From Holophagaceae bacterium (GTDB taxonomy: Bacteria; Acidobacteriota; Holophagae; Holophagales; Holophagaceae), in assembly GCA_025361125.1 (NCBI GenBank), contig JANYBM010000103.1:15394-79393 (forward strand): 64,000 nucleotides of DNA. Direction: 5' to 3'. Positions within the stretch are counted from its first letter, which is position 1. Each line of letters opens with the position of its first letter. The notes under the pieces were generated by a model that saw nothing but the letters and a program-made list of their open reading frames with translations, did not search any database and had not been told where the DNA came from. The position numbers were made by a program, and so were the translations under genes. Below, piece after piece: positions 46,440 to 55,613 of the stretch.

Positions 46440-47165
46440 ATGAATCAGCGCAATCTGGCTCTTGCGGCTATCTTTGGCGGCGTGGCTCTATTCACCGGAT
46501 GTGAATCAGATGAGCGGCTCAAGGCCGTGGAGCGTGAGGCGGGGGAAATGAAGGTGGAGGTATTCAAGCTGCGGCAGCAGCAAGAGGAGAACTCCCGCAA
46601 AGCCGATACTGACCGCAAAGATGCTGGAGAATGGCGAGCCGAGGACCGGCAATTCAGGGCAGACCTGCAGGAAACCCTTCGACAACTTTCGGACGCCACC
46701 AAAGTCATCAACAACCGCATGGGTAATGCCAGTCGCACCCCCGCCACGGCCCCGACCGTCCCAACCAGCACCGCACCCACCAGCACGCCTGATGACGAAA
46801 AAGCATTTGGCAGCGCTGTGCTGGACTACAACCGCGGCAACTACGCCATCGCCGCTGAAGGGTTGGATCTCTTTTTGCGCACCTATCCCAATAGCGTGCG
46901 GAAACCGGATGCCCTCTTCTTCCTGGGTATGGCTTACTACAATCAGAAAAATTATGAGAAATCCCAAGGCGCTTTTGATCGCATCCTAAGGGATCATCCC
47001 AACTCGAGCCAGTTCCTGCCGGCCAAGCTCAAACGAGGCCAGTGCCTGCTCAAGCAGGGACTGAAACCTGCGGCGTTGCGAGTCTTCAAGGAGTTGGTAG
47101 AGGGATTCCCAGGTACGCCTGAAGCGCGCACCGCCCAGCAGGAAGTGACGGATCTTGGTTACTGA
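46440..47165 (+). CDS. cpoB: Tol-Pal system protein CpoB/YbgF (coiled coil + TPR)
   Basis: Signal/lipobox-like N-terminus, a coiled coil, and a C-terminal TPR region (YNRGNYAIAAEGLDLFLRTYPNS...ALFFLGMAYY...). Lies directly after pal. Confidence 0.7.
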   Translation: MNQRNLALAAIFGGVALFTGCESDERLKAVEREAGEMKVEVFKLRQQQEENSRKADTDRKDAGEWRAEDRQFRADLQETLRQLSDATKVINNRMGNASRTPATAPTVPTSTAPTSTPDDEKAFGSAVLDYNRGNYAIAAEGLDLFLRTYPNSVRKPDALFFLGMAYYNQKNYEKSQGAFDRILRDHPNSSQFLPAKLKRGQCLLKQGLKPAALRVFKELVEGFPGTPEARTAQQEVTDLGY

Positions 47166-48150
47166 TCGCGATAGAAAGTTGGAACAATGGCGCGTTCCCG
47201 TCCGGATTGATTTCGCGGGTGGCACGCTGGATCTTTGGCCCATTTATGCGTTGATGGGTGGTGGCTGCACGGTCAATGCCGCCCTGAATCTGTGGATCGA
47301 ATTGCAGGCTTCCTTTGACGGCGACGGCCACCAAATCGAGAGCGCGGACCTGGCGCTTTCTTTTGCGGAAACTGAATGGCCGCGGGTCGCGCCCCAGGGC
47401 CTCTCCTGGGTGTGGCGGATACTTGATGCCGCGCCGCGAAGGCCAGCTTATCTGAGCATCAACAGCCCAGTTCCAAAAGGATCCGGGCTGGGTATTTCAA
47501 GCTGTCTCGGGGTTGGCTTGTTAGGTATGGCAATGGGCCTTGAGGCGGGTGAGAAGCTTGCCACCCAGATACCCATGCTGCGGGATTTGGAAGCTCAGGA
47601 ACTCCAAACCCCCACTGGGTGGCAGGACTACTATCCAGCTGCCCTCGGTGGATGCCTGGCCTTGCATTGGGGACCGAAACCCAACTGGGAGCGACTTGTC
47701 CCTCATCCTGAATTGCTGGATGACTTGCTGGTTTTCTATACGGGTCAGCCCCATCATTCCGGTCTCACCAATTGGGAAGCTTACAAGCGCTTTATCGAAG
47801 GAGACGCCACCACACGCGAAGCTCTGAAGGACATTGCTTTGATCGCGGAAGCCATGACATTGGCTGTTCCCGCGGATCCGACCGCAGTGGGTGAATTGCT
47901 GGAGCGTGAAGGAGCGGCCAGGGTCCGCCTTTCTCCCCATGTGGAGACGGATACTATGCGGACCGTGCGCGAACGCGGCAAGCGCGAAGGCTGGTTTTTA
48001 GGCATGAAGCCCTGCGGGGCTGGAGGTGGCGGATGCTGCATTCTGGTAGTCAAGAAAGGCGGTCGCGAAGCCGCCCAGTCAGCCTTACAATCCATGGCCT
48101 TACCTGTGCTACAGGCCGACATCACGGAACGTGGTTTGCATCACCTCTGA
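47155..48150 (+). CDS. GHMP-family sugar kinase
   Basis: RVPVRIDFAGGTLDLWP N-terminus and the GHMP motif PKGSGLGISSCLG. TTG start. Confidence 0.6.
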   Translation: MVTDRDRKLEQWRVPVRIDFAGGTLDLWPIYALMGGGCTVNAALNLWIELQASFDGDGHQIESADLALSFAETEWPRVAPQGLSWVWRILDAAPRRPAYLSINSPVPKGSGLGISSCLGVGLLGMAMGLEAGEKLATQIPMLRDLEAQELQTPTGWQDYYPAALGGCLALHWGPKPNWERLVPHPELLDDLLVFYTGQPHHSGLTNWEAYKRFIEGDATTREALKDIALIAEAMTLAVPADPTAVGELLEREGAARVRLSPHVETDTMRTVRERGKREGWFLGMKPCGAGGGGCCILVVKKGGREAAQSALQSMALPVLQADITERGLHHL

Positions 48151-49249
48151 GTTGAATGAGCAAAGCTCTGGGAGAAGGACCCTGCAAGAGTGGGCTCCCT
48201 TCATCCTTGATCAATTCACGAAGGTGCTGGTCCCGTTTGCCTAGAGCAAGCTGATCCAATTCATTTTCGTGGATCCAACGGTAATCATTTGATGCTTGAA
48301 AACGCTTCTCCATGCGCAGATGCAAAGGGCTGACGAACTCCCGCCGATGGGTGTAGACCTGGGTCCACCCGGGCCAAGCACGAAGTTCGGAGGATGCGTA
48401 GGGTAAGCCGGGATCGGCGGCCACAGTCTCTTCCACCAAGACTGCCGACTCCACGGCTGGCCATTTCCAAAGCCCGGCCAGCAGGCCTTTTTGAGCAGGC
48501 TCACACAGCAACCAATGCCCTTCGGCTTCCACCGCCACAAGCCAGATTTCAGCTTTCTTAGGCTGCAAGCGTTGGATGCTAGGCGGGATCCGATCCGTGG
48601 CTTTCATTTTATGGGCCTCACACTGAGCAAGCAGTGGACATTTCCCACATTTGGGTGCAGGTGCGCAAACAGTCGCGCCCAATTCCATGAGGCTCTGAGT
48701 CATGCGGGATGCGCCGTGTTGTTCGAGGGCTGGTTTTAGCCAAAAACGTAACGCCTTGGCCTGAAGTTTTGGGTCGCCTTCGATGCCCAGAATACGCGCC
48801 AGCACTCTGAATGCATTGCCATCCAGCGCGGGTTCCGGCCACTGGAATGCGATAGCTGCCATCGCCGCAGCGGTGTAGGGGCCAAGCCCTGGGAGCTTCA
48901 TCAGGCCCTCGAAATCCATGGGCCAGCCATGCGTCACGATGTGCTTTGCTGAATGATGTAAGTGCCTCGCGCGGCGGTAATAGCCAAGTCCCTCCCAAAG
49001 TTTGTGGATCTCATCATCGCCCGCAGCACTCAACGAGGAGGCATCGGGGAAGCGCACCATCCATCGCTCGAAGTATGGGATGACCGTCGCCACTTGGGTC
49101 TGCTGGAGCATCAGTTCCGAGACCAGTACCGCATAAGGGTTCGGATGAACTCGATCGAGATCTTCATCCCGCCAGGGCATAGCCCGGCGATGGAGCTCAA
49201 ACCATGGACCAAGGGGCGCCAGTAGGGCAGGGGAGTCAGGCCGGTTCAT
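48122..49249 (-). CDS. mutY: A/G-specific adenine DNA glycosylase MutY
   Basis: PWRDEDL...PYAVLVSELMLQQTQV, LPGLGPYTAAA (HhH-GPD), a 4Fe-4S loop CAPAPKCGKCPLLAQC, and a NUDIX-like C-terminus. Start at the internal ATG at 49249; the longer ORF overlaps the tRNA gene. Confidence 0.85.
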   Translation of the reverse strand: MNRPDSPALLAPLGPWFELHRRAMPWRDEDLDRVHPNPYAVLVSELMLQQTQVATVIPYFERWMVRFPDASSLSAAGDDEIHKLWEGLGYYRRARHLHHSAKHIVTHGWPMDFEGLMKLPGLGPYTAAAMAAIAFQWPEPALDGNAFRVLARILGIEGDPKLQAKALRFWLKPALEQHGASRMTQSLMELGATVCAPAPKCGKCPLLAQCEAHKMKATDRIPPSIQRLQPKKAEIWLVAVEAEGHWLLCEPAQKGLLAGLWKWPAVESAVLVEETVAADPGLPYASSELRAWPGWTQVYTHRREFVSPLHLRMEKRFQASNDYRWIHENELDQLALGKRDQHLRELIKDEGSPLLQGPSPRALLIQLRGDANHVP

Positions 49250-49307
49250 CTGATACGAGGTTAAGAGACATGTGGTGCGAGGCTGAACATCAATTCCTTT
49301 CGTAACT

Positions 49308-49334
49308 GAAAAGAGCGCCTTGAGGGCGCTCTTT
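49308..49334 (-). terminator. Rho-independent terminator after tRNA-Leu(GAG)
   Basis: On the minus strand: AGAGCGCC-CTCAA-GGCGCTCT followed by TTTTC. Confidence 0.7.
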
Positions 49335-49338
49335 GGTT

Positions 49339-49424
49339 TGGTGCCCGCGAGCAGACTCGAACTGCTACGGCTTTTGGCCACCACCACCTCAAGATGGCGT
49401 GTCTACCAGTTTCACCACGCGGGC
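49339..49424 (-). tRNA. tRNA-Leu (anticodon GAG)
   Basis: Reverse complement GCCCGCGTGGTGAAACTGGTAGACACGCCATCTTGAGGTGGTGGTGGCCAAAAGCCGTAGCAGTTCGAGTCTGCTCGCGGGCACCA. Long variable arm, anticodon loop TTGAGGT, CCA encoded. Confidence 0.95.
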
Positions 49425-49474
49425 ATGAGTGAAAGATCAGGATGCCATCCACGGGGGATGGAGTCAATGGCCGC

Positions 49475-49846
49475 CTACTTCTTAGGCGAACCTGTCGCGC
49501 CGGTGGGCGTCGCGGGGGGCGCACCCACTGGCGCGGTAGAAGTTGGTGTGACCGGCTTTGGCGCGGCGGCGGCTGGTTTGGCTTCAGGGAGTTTATCGAG
49601 GACCGAGCGATTTTCTTTGACCACCCGATATTCAATCAGCAGCGAAGTGGCCAGAAGACATGCGGCCACATAGTAGGTGATTTTTGCCAGCACCGGCGCG
49701 GCACCCTGGGCTCCAAAAGCGGTGTTGGCGCCACCGCCTCCAAAGGAAGAACCCAGGCCGCCCCCCTTAGCCCCAGGTTGCAGCAGAATCACCGCAACCA
49801 GCAGCAAGCTGAGGACTATATGAAGAGTAAGAAGGAAGCTGCTCAT
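49475..49846 (-). CDS. secG: Preprotein translocase subunit SecG (with Ala/Pro-rich C-terminal tail)
   Basis: LLTLHIVLSLLLVAVILLQPGKGGGLGSSFGGG-type signature (here ...ILLQPGAKGGGLGSSFGGGGANTAFG...) and a second TM helix. Confidence 0.85.
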   Translation of the reverse strand: MSSFLLTLHIVLSLLLVAVILLQPGAKGGGLGSSFGGGGANTAFGAQGAAPVLAKITYYVAACLLATSLLIEYRVVKENRSVLDKLPEAKPAAAAPKPVTPTSTAPVGAPPATPTGATGSPKK

Positions 49847-50002
49847 GAAAACTCCGAACCTTTAATTCTACCGTGGGAGTGGCGTTAGCCCAAGAAGGAA
49901 GACTGAGACGGTGGGCAGTGCCCGGGGGGCGAAGTCCCAAGTCGAGACTTGAGAGCCTAGAGTAAAACCCTTGGCTACCAGGTTCAGCTTCCCTGGATCG
50001 CG

Positions 50003-51037
50003 TCAGAATGCGAATCCGTTGGGCAATTCGTTTTTCCGCAGCACGCCGTGAATATCTCGGCATTGATCCACAAGCTGGACGAAGTCAGAAGGGAGTAATG
50101 CCTGGGGACCATCGCTAAGTGCTTCCTCAGGGTGGCAGTGGGTTTCCACCAGCAGGCCATCGGCTCCGGCGGCAACAGCAGCACGGGCGCAGGGAATGAC
50201 CAGATCTCTACGGCCTGTGGCGTGGCTCGGATCCACCATCACGGGCAAATGAGTAAGTGCCCTTGCGGCCGGGACCACACTCACATCCAGGGTGTTACGG
50301 GCGTGGTCGCTCCAGGTGCGGATGCCCCGTTCACATAAGATCACGTTGCGATTTCCCTCAGAGAGCACGTATTCCGCGGCATAAAGCCACTCTTCCAGCG
50401 TCGCCGCGGGTCCGCGTTTCAGCAAAACGGGTTTTTCACTGCGTCCCGCGCGCTTCAGCAAAGCGAAGTTTTGCATGTTGCGGGCCCCGATCTGGAGCAG
50501 ATCCGCAACTCTTTCCACATCATCAAAGGTCTCGATTTCCGTGGCTTCGGTGACGATGCCCAGATCAAATTCTGCCCGGGCTTCTTCCAGCAAGTGCAGA
50601 CCTTCAAGTCCTAGGCCTTGAAAACTGTAAGGGCTGGTGCGCGGCTTGAAAGCCCCGGCCCGCAACAGTTTGACGCCCTGCTCAGCCACGTAGCGCGCTG
50701 TAGCGAAGAGTTGCTCGCGGCTTTCCACGCCGCAGGGTCCGGCCACAAAAACCAGGTCAGGGCCGCCAACCTTCAGGCCTCGTACCTCCACCACCGTGCG
50801 CCCAGGAGCTGAATCGCTGGAAGCCAACTTGAACGGTGATGTGATGGCTACCACTTTACGCACACCCTCAATGGTTTCAAGGCGATCCGGCTTCAAAACC
50901 TTGGAGGCATGGGGCGCAAGGATATTCAAAGCCTCGGCGCCGTCCTGCACCACTGACCGCACACCGGCACTTTCCAGCGTTTCAAGCACCCTCCGCACCT
51001 GTTCGGCGGTGGCACCAGGTTTCATCAAGATCAGCAT
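50003..51037 (-). CDS. 3-deoxy-7-phosphoheptulonate (DAHP) synthase, type I-beta, with N-terminal ferredoxin-like regulatory domain
   Basis: The catalytic barrel has LLKRG, MVDPSH and ...LLVETHCHPEEALSDGPQAL. A ~70-aa N-terminal domain (MLILMKPGATAEQVRRVLETLESAG) precedes it, as in Thermotoga-type enzymes. Confidence 0.85.
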   Translation of the reverse strand: MLILMKPGATAEQVRRVLETLESAGVRSVVQDGAEALNILAPHASKVLKPDRLETIEGVRKVVAITSPFKLASSDSAPGRTVVEVRGLKVGGPDLVFVAGPCGVESREQLFATARYVAEQGVKLLRAGAFKPRTSPYSFQGLGLEGLHLLEEARAEFDLGIVTEATEIETFDDVERVADLLQIGARNMQNFALLKRAGRSEKPVLLKRGPAATLEEWLYAAEYVLSEGNRNVILCERGIRTWSDHARNTLDVSVVPAARALTHLPVMVDPSHATGRRDLVIPCARAAVAAGADGLLVETHCHPEEALSDGPQALLPSDFVQLVDQCRDIHGVLRKNELPNGFAF

Positions 51038-51261
51038 TCAGCCCCCAGCTACCATCGTAGTGCCTTGATTTCGGAATCTTTAGAAGATGTAGTCAAAATT
51101 TTGGTTTTCGATTTGAGATCAGTCATCGCCAGCCGTCTTCAGTCCTTAATCAACATTCACCCATTGAAAATTGCAAGAGGTGGCATGGCTCTTGAAAAGC
51201 AATCTGTGAAACTCGTTGCATCCCTTCCATCCAACCCACATCTTTTATGCAGGAGCTTGCT

Positions 51262-52050
51262 ATGAAACGAGAGTCGCTTCTCCTTGTGGCCAGTTTGACC
51301 TTCTTGGCTTGCACCCGTCCTGAAGTAGAAGCCTTCCGGCTGAAGCCCACGCCCATCACCGTGCAAATGACCATTCCATCTGATATTCCGCAGGGCGAAG
51401 AAGTTCGCAAGGAATACGCGGCAGCGCTCCAGGCCAAGTTGGCCACCCGGGTGGTGGTTGTTCCTGAAGGAGTGCAAGGGCCTTCGGATACAGCGGTGCT
51501 CCGGGTGACAATCACCGACGTCAAGCGCTACCGGGGAGGACCCAATCCGGCCGTGGTAGGTGTTGCCACAGGGGTTGCCGTCGGGATCCTGGGGGCTGCG
51601 TCAGGCAACCGCTATAGCGCCTTTGATGGATTTTGGTGGGGCCTCTTCGCTGCCCATCACGCGGTTCATGCGCGGCGCGCCGAGTTGGATCGATTGGGTT
51701 ATAGGCCCCTGGATGTGACCGCCATCATCAGCCTCCGGCAAGCTGGTGGCGATGCCAATAAATCCATGCCACTGGCTGAATTTGATGTGGGTGGTGATGA
51801 AGTGATTGACGCCATGGATCCACTATCACGCCGCGAGGCTGATGACGTAGGCCGTATTCGTGAAGAAGAAGCCCGGGCTTTCGCGCGAGTGGTGATCTCC
51901 AAATTGCAGGAGCGCTTCGGCTGGAGTGGCCATGGCACGCCAACCTTCTACCGAGCTCCTGGAGGAAGGTCCAATGAAGATAATGAAGCCCCTTCGATCA
52001 AACCCACGGAACCAAGCCCAGCGGAAAGCACACCACCACCACCCCAATAG
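51262..52050 (+). CDS. Hypothetical lipoprotein
   Basis: MKRESLLLVASLTFLAC lipobox. A glycine-zipper-like hydrophobic segment (GVATGVAVGILGAASG). No known domain recognised. Confidence 0.45.
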   Translation: MKRESLLLVASLTFLACTRPEVEAFRLKPTPITVQMTIPSDIPQGEEVRKEYAAALQAKLATRVVVVPEGVQGPSDTAVLRVTITDVKRYRGGPNPAVVGVATGVAVGILGAASGNRYSAFDGFWWGLFAAHHAVHARRAELDRLGYRPLDVTAIISLRQAGGDANKSMPLAEFDVGGDEVIDAMDPLSRREADDVGRIREEEARAFARVVISKLQERFGWSGHGTPTFYRAPGGRSNEDNEAPSIKPTEPSPAESTPPPPQ

Positions 52051-52059
52051 TGAGGCGCC

Positions 52060-52794
52060 ATGCACACGGTCGTTATTCGCTGTGAAGCCTGCGGCGGCCC
52101 CGTTGATATTGATGACATAAAGTGCCGCAGTTGCGGCTCCCAGGTGGCCGCCATCGCCTGTCCCAACTGCATGGGCATGGTATCGGTCCATGCGGTCCAT
52201 TGCGGGCATTGTGGCGCTGCCATTGTCCCTGCCGCAGCCAGGAATGAGACACCCTCGAACCTTGCCTGTCCATCGTGCAAGGGTGTGAAGCTCACTCAAA
52301 CGCAGCTTGGCGAAGTGGAAGTAGACCAGTGTTCGCATTGCGGTGGAGTCTGGTTGCGGCAGGATCTCTTCGATCAGGTCAGCGCTGGAAAAGAAGTCAG
52401 AGGCCGGGCCCTGGGCGTCTTACCAACAGCCACAGGACCCAAGGCCGCTGCCAGCTTGGAAGTCCGCTATCGCCCCTGTCCCGTTTGCGCGCGCATGATG
52501 AACCGCTATAACTACGCCCGGATTTCAGGTGTGATCATTGATGGCTGCAAAAACGATGGTCTTTGGTTCGATAAAGACGAACTGCGACAGGTGCTTGAAT
52601 TCATCCAGGCGGGAGGGCTCGACAAGAGCCATGACCGCGAAGTAGCGCGACTGGACCAGGAACAGCGCGCCAAGGCCCAGATGGCGCGCGTGGACCTGGG
52701 AATGCACCCTTCCAGCTACCGCGAGTACTCCAATCAAAGCAGTGGCCTGCTTGCGAGCCTGATGGATGGCCTCATGGATCATTTCATCGTGTAG
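52060..52794 (+). CDS. Multi-zinc-ribbon protein with two zf-TFIIB-type modules
   Basis: N-terminal CxxC pairs (CEACGG..CRSCGS, CPNC..CGHCG). Then CPSCKG...VDQCSHCGGVWLRQDLFDQV and CPVCAR...IDGCKNDGLWFDKDELRQVLEFI. Confidence 0.6.
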   Translation: MHTVVIRCEACGGPVDIDDIKCRSCGSQVAAIACPNCMGMVSVHAVHCGHCGAAIVPAAARNETPSNLACPSCKGVKLTQTQLGEVEVDQCSHCGGVWLRQDLFDQVSAGKEVRGRALGVLPTATGPKAAASLEVRYRPCPVCARMMNRYNYARISGVIIDGCKNDGLWFDKDELRQVLEFIQAGGLDKSHDREVARLDQEQRAKAQMARVDLGMHPSSYREYSNQSSGLLASLMDGLMDHFIV

Positions 52795-52826
52795 CTGTTG
52801 CGCCAGGCAGCCCACAGCTTGTTTTA

Positions 52827-53570
52827 TCAGCTTTGCGCGATCTTCACCATCTCAGCGAAAGCCAATGGATCCAGGCTCGCGCCACCCACAAGACCGCCAG
52901 AAACCTCAGGTATCGTTAGGATCTGCGCGAAATTCTGAGCCGTCACGCTTCCGCCATATAGGATGGGCACCGAGGTTCCGGGTTCCCCAAGAATGACTCG
53001 CAGTTCCTCCCGGATAAAGGCGTGGGCTTCGCGGATCTGCCGTCCATCCGCGATGCGACCTGAGCCGATGGCCCACACGGGCTCATAGGCTACCCAGATG
53101 GGACCCCTGGAAACGCCTTTGAGCACTGAGAGCTGGGTCTGGATCACACTGAATGTCTGGTCCCGTTCTCGCTCCGCCATGGTCTCGCCAATGCAGAGCA
53201 AGGGAAGTAGCTTGCATTCCTGGGCAGCCCGGACTTTTTTGGCCAAGCTTTCATTGGTCTCGCCGAACATCTGGCGCCGCTCGCTATGGCCAAGGATGAC
53301 GCCACTGCAACCCGCGTCCCGGATCTGGGCCATGGACATCTCGCCAGTAAAAGCGCCCTTGGGTTCAAAGTGGCCGTTCTGCGCGAAGGTCGTGATACCG
53401 CGCTCCCGCAACTGCGAATGAATGGTCCACAGGAGCACGGTGGGCGGCGCGATGGCCACCCGAACATCTTCCGCAGGCGTATAGAGTTTGGCGAACTCGG
53501 TGCAAAAATTGGACGCATCCGCATAGAGGAGGTTCATCTTCCAATTCGCTACGACACACCGCACGGCCAC
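52827..53570 (-). CDS. tpiA: Triosephosphate isomerase
   Basis: VVANWKMN, ILGHSERR, IGE..AERE, AYEPVWAIGSG and YGGSV motifs. Confidence 0.92.
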   Translation of the reverse strand: MAVRCVVANWKMNLLYADASNFCTEFAKLYTPAEDVRVAIAPPTVLLWTIHSQLRERGITTFAQNGHFEPKGAFTGEMSMAQIRDAGCSGVILGHSERRQMFGETNESLAKKVRAAQECKLLPLLCIGETMAERERDQTFSVIQTQLSVLKGVSRGPIWVAYEPVWAIGSGRIADGRQIREAHAFIREELRVILGEPGTSVPILYGGSVTAQNFAQILTIPEVSGGLVGGASLDPLAFAEMVKIAQS

Positions 53571-53591
53571 TCCAGGTTGTTTGAGAAGAGT

Positions 53592-54788
53592 CTATCGCGA
53601 CAGGGCAACCACGCCGGGCAATTCCAACCCACTAAGGAATTCCAGGCTGGCACCACCGCCGGTGGAGACGTGGCTTATGCGGCCGATGACACCGGCTTTC
53701 GCGGCCGCAGCCACGCTATCGCCGCCACCCACCAAGACAAAGGTTCCGCGATCCGCGGCGTCGGCCATCTCCTCGGCGATAGTCAGGGTGCCGCTGGCAA
53801 AGGGCTCCAGTTCGAAGACGCCCATGGGGCCGTTCCAGAGAATTGTTTTGGCAGCGCGGATCTCCTGTACAAAGGCTGCTACGGTTTCCGGGCCGATGTC
53901 CAAACCCATCCGGTCGTCGGGAATGGCGGCATCGTTAGTAAGCGAGCATTCAGCATCCTCGGCCATGCGGTCGGCAACCAGATGGTCCAGAGGCAGCAAA
54001 AGCCTGGTTCCCCTGGCCTTGGCCTCTTGAATGATGCCCTTGGCCAGCTCTATTTTGTCGTCTTCGCACAAACTCCTGCCGATAGGGACTCCCTCGGCTT
54101 TCAACAGCGTATAGCTCATGGCTCCGCCGATAAGGATGGCGTCAGCTTTGCCGATGAAATGATGGATGAGTTCGATCTTGTCCGATACTTTGGCGCCACC
54201 CATGACCGCTATCAGCGGTTTTTCAGGATAGTGCAAGATGTGGCCCAATGCCGCCAGTTCCTTCTCCATGAGGAAGCCCGCTGCTACGCGGCCTTTTGGA
54301 AAATCTGCCACCATGCCACTCACGGAAGCGTGGGTGCGGTGCGCGGCGCCAAAGGCATCATTGACGTAGGCATCGGCCAGCTTCGCCAGCGCCGCGGCGA
54401 ATTCAGGCTTATTTTTTGTTTCGCCTTTCTCGAAGCGGAGGTTCTCCAGGAGTAACACCTGACCAGGTTTTAAAGCTTTGGCTTCGGCTTCCACGGCTTC
54501 TCCCACAACACCCGAGGCAAGCCGCACATCAAGGCCCTGCTCCTTCAGCCAGGCCACCACCGGCGCAAGACTGAAGGCCGTTTCAAAACCCTCACCATTG
54601 GGGCGGCCGAGATGTGAAGCCAACACGACCGAAGCACCCTGGTCGAGCAAATAATTCAGCGTAGGCAAGGTCTCCCGGATGCGTGTGGAATCCGTGATGA
54701 CACCATCCTTCAAGGGAACATTCAGATCCGCCCGCAGAAAGACGCGCAGGCCCTTGACTTCGACATCCTTCAAGGTGGGAAAACTCAT
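53592..54788 (-). CDS. pgk: Phosphoglycerate kinase
   Basis: RVFLRADLNVPL, ASHLGRP, AFGAAHR and STGGGASLEFL motifs. Start at the internal ATG at 54788, preceded by GGAG. Confidence 0.95.
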   Translation of the reverse strand: MSFPTLKDVEVKGLRVFLRADLNVPLKDGVITDSTRIRETLPTLNYLLDQGASVVLASHLGRPNGEGFETAFSLAPVVAWLKEQGLDVRLASGVVGEAVEAEAKALKPGQVLLLENLRFEKGETKNKPEFAAALAKLADAYVNDAFGAAHRTHASVSGMVADFPKGRVAAGFLMEKELAALGHILHYPEKPLIAVMGGAKVSDKIELIHHFIGKADAILIGGAMSYTLLKAEGVPIGRSLCEDDKIELAKGIIQEAKARGTRLLLPLDHLVADRMAEDAECSLTNDAAIPDDRMGLDIGPETVAAFVQEIRAAKTILWNGPMGVFELEPFASGTLTIAEEMADAADRGTFVLVGGGDSVAAAAKAGVIGRISHVSTGGGASLEFLSGLELPGVVALSR

Positions 54789-54801
54789 GGGGGCTCCTAT
54801 T

Positions 54802-55524
54802 TCAAGGATGGTCAAAAAAAGCTAGCCAGCGTGGGGAATCAGGCCGAAAGACTGTTCCAGAATAGTCGCCGCACACTAGACGGAGTTTGAGCCCAGCTTC
54901 CGCTGCCAGGCTGGTCAATTCCTGGGGCTCATAGACTCTGACCGATTCAACCACTTCTCGAGTAGCCCCAGAATCCAGGTACTCGATGTTCATTCGCTTA
55001 ATGATGCGTTTGCCTTCCAAAGAGCGACGACTACGGACAAGCATCCCCGAATGCTCCTCGACATCTTCAAGCACGAGATTTTCACGAAGGTACGCGGCGT
55101 TCAGATAATCCATGAGCATCGCGCCACCTGGCTGGAGCAGGGACGCAAGCCGGTGCAGCAAGGCCCGATTATTGGAATCACTGAAATAACCAAAGGGCGT
55201 GAACCAGAGGCAGATTCCCGAAAGACTGCCAGCCTTGATAGGCAGGTGGCGCATGTCACCGCGCAGCAAATGGCCTCGCAGTCGCACCGGCGCGGCGCGC
55301 AGCAAACTGGGCGAAAGATCCAACCCAAACGCCATCGGATTTGTTCGTCGCAACCAGTCCAGGTGGCGCCCCGCACCGCAGGCCAGATCCAGCACCGCAC
55401 CCGTGGCCAACTCAGGCGCTAAGCGCAAACTTGTTGCAACAGCCAACTCCGCCTCGGACTCGTCACGGTTCGCGTAGAGCGCCAGGTAGTCTTCGTCGAA
55501 CCAATCCTTGAACCAATCATCCAT
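54802..55524 (-). CDS. Class I SAM-dependent methyltransferase
   Basis: Motif I VLDLACGAGRH and post-I FGLDLS. Start at ATG 55524 (MDDWFKDWFDEDY), preceded by GGAG. The TTG-extended ORF starts inside the heptamer repeat. Confidence 0.75.
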   Translation of the reverse strand: MDDWFKDWFDEDYLALYANRDESEAELAVATSLRLAPELATGAVLDLACGAGRHLDWLRRTNPMAFGLDLSPSLLRAAPVRLRGHLLRGDMRHLPIKAGSLSGICLWFTPFGYFSDSNNRALLHRLASLLQPGGAMLMDYLNAAYLRENLVLEDVEEHSGMLVRSRRSLEGKRIIKRMNIEYLDSGATREVVESVRVYEPQELTSLAAEAGLKLRLVCGDYSGTVFRPDSPRWLAFFDHP

Positions 55525-55541
55525 TGCTCCAGCGTACAGCC

Positions 55542-55576
55542 ATGAGCAATGAGCAATGAGCAATGAGCAATGAGCA
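55542..55576. repeat. Perfect tandem heptamer repeat (ATGAGCA)x5
   Basis: Read directly from the sequence. It lies in the 89-nt spacer between the pilT-like stop (55614) and the methyltransferase start (55524). An adjacent (CCCAAGT)x2 is at 55584..55597. Confidence 0.95.
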
Positions 55577-55613
55577 ATAAAGCCCCAAGTCCCAAGTTCT
55601 TACCTCAAAACAT

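Noticed and set aside
49249-49387. N-terminal 46-codon extension of the mutY ORF
   Set aside because: The extension reads through tRNA-Leu(GAG) and its terminator. The conserved MutY sequence begins after the internal ATG at 49249.
53286-54455. 389-aa ORF on the plus strand
   Set aside because: It lies entirely antisense to pgk and tpiA, whose products carry unmistakable motifs. The translated sequence is Arg/Gly/Ala-rich with no motifs, typical of antisense frames in GC-rich genes.
55542-55576. Possible CRISPR or minisatellite array
   Set aside because: The units are only 7 bp with no spacers, so this is a simple tandem repeat and not a CRISPR. No cas genes or repeat-spacer structures appear anywhere in the window.
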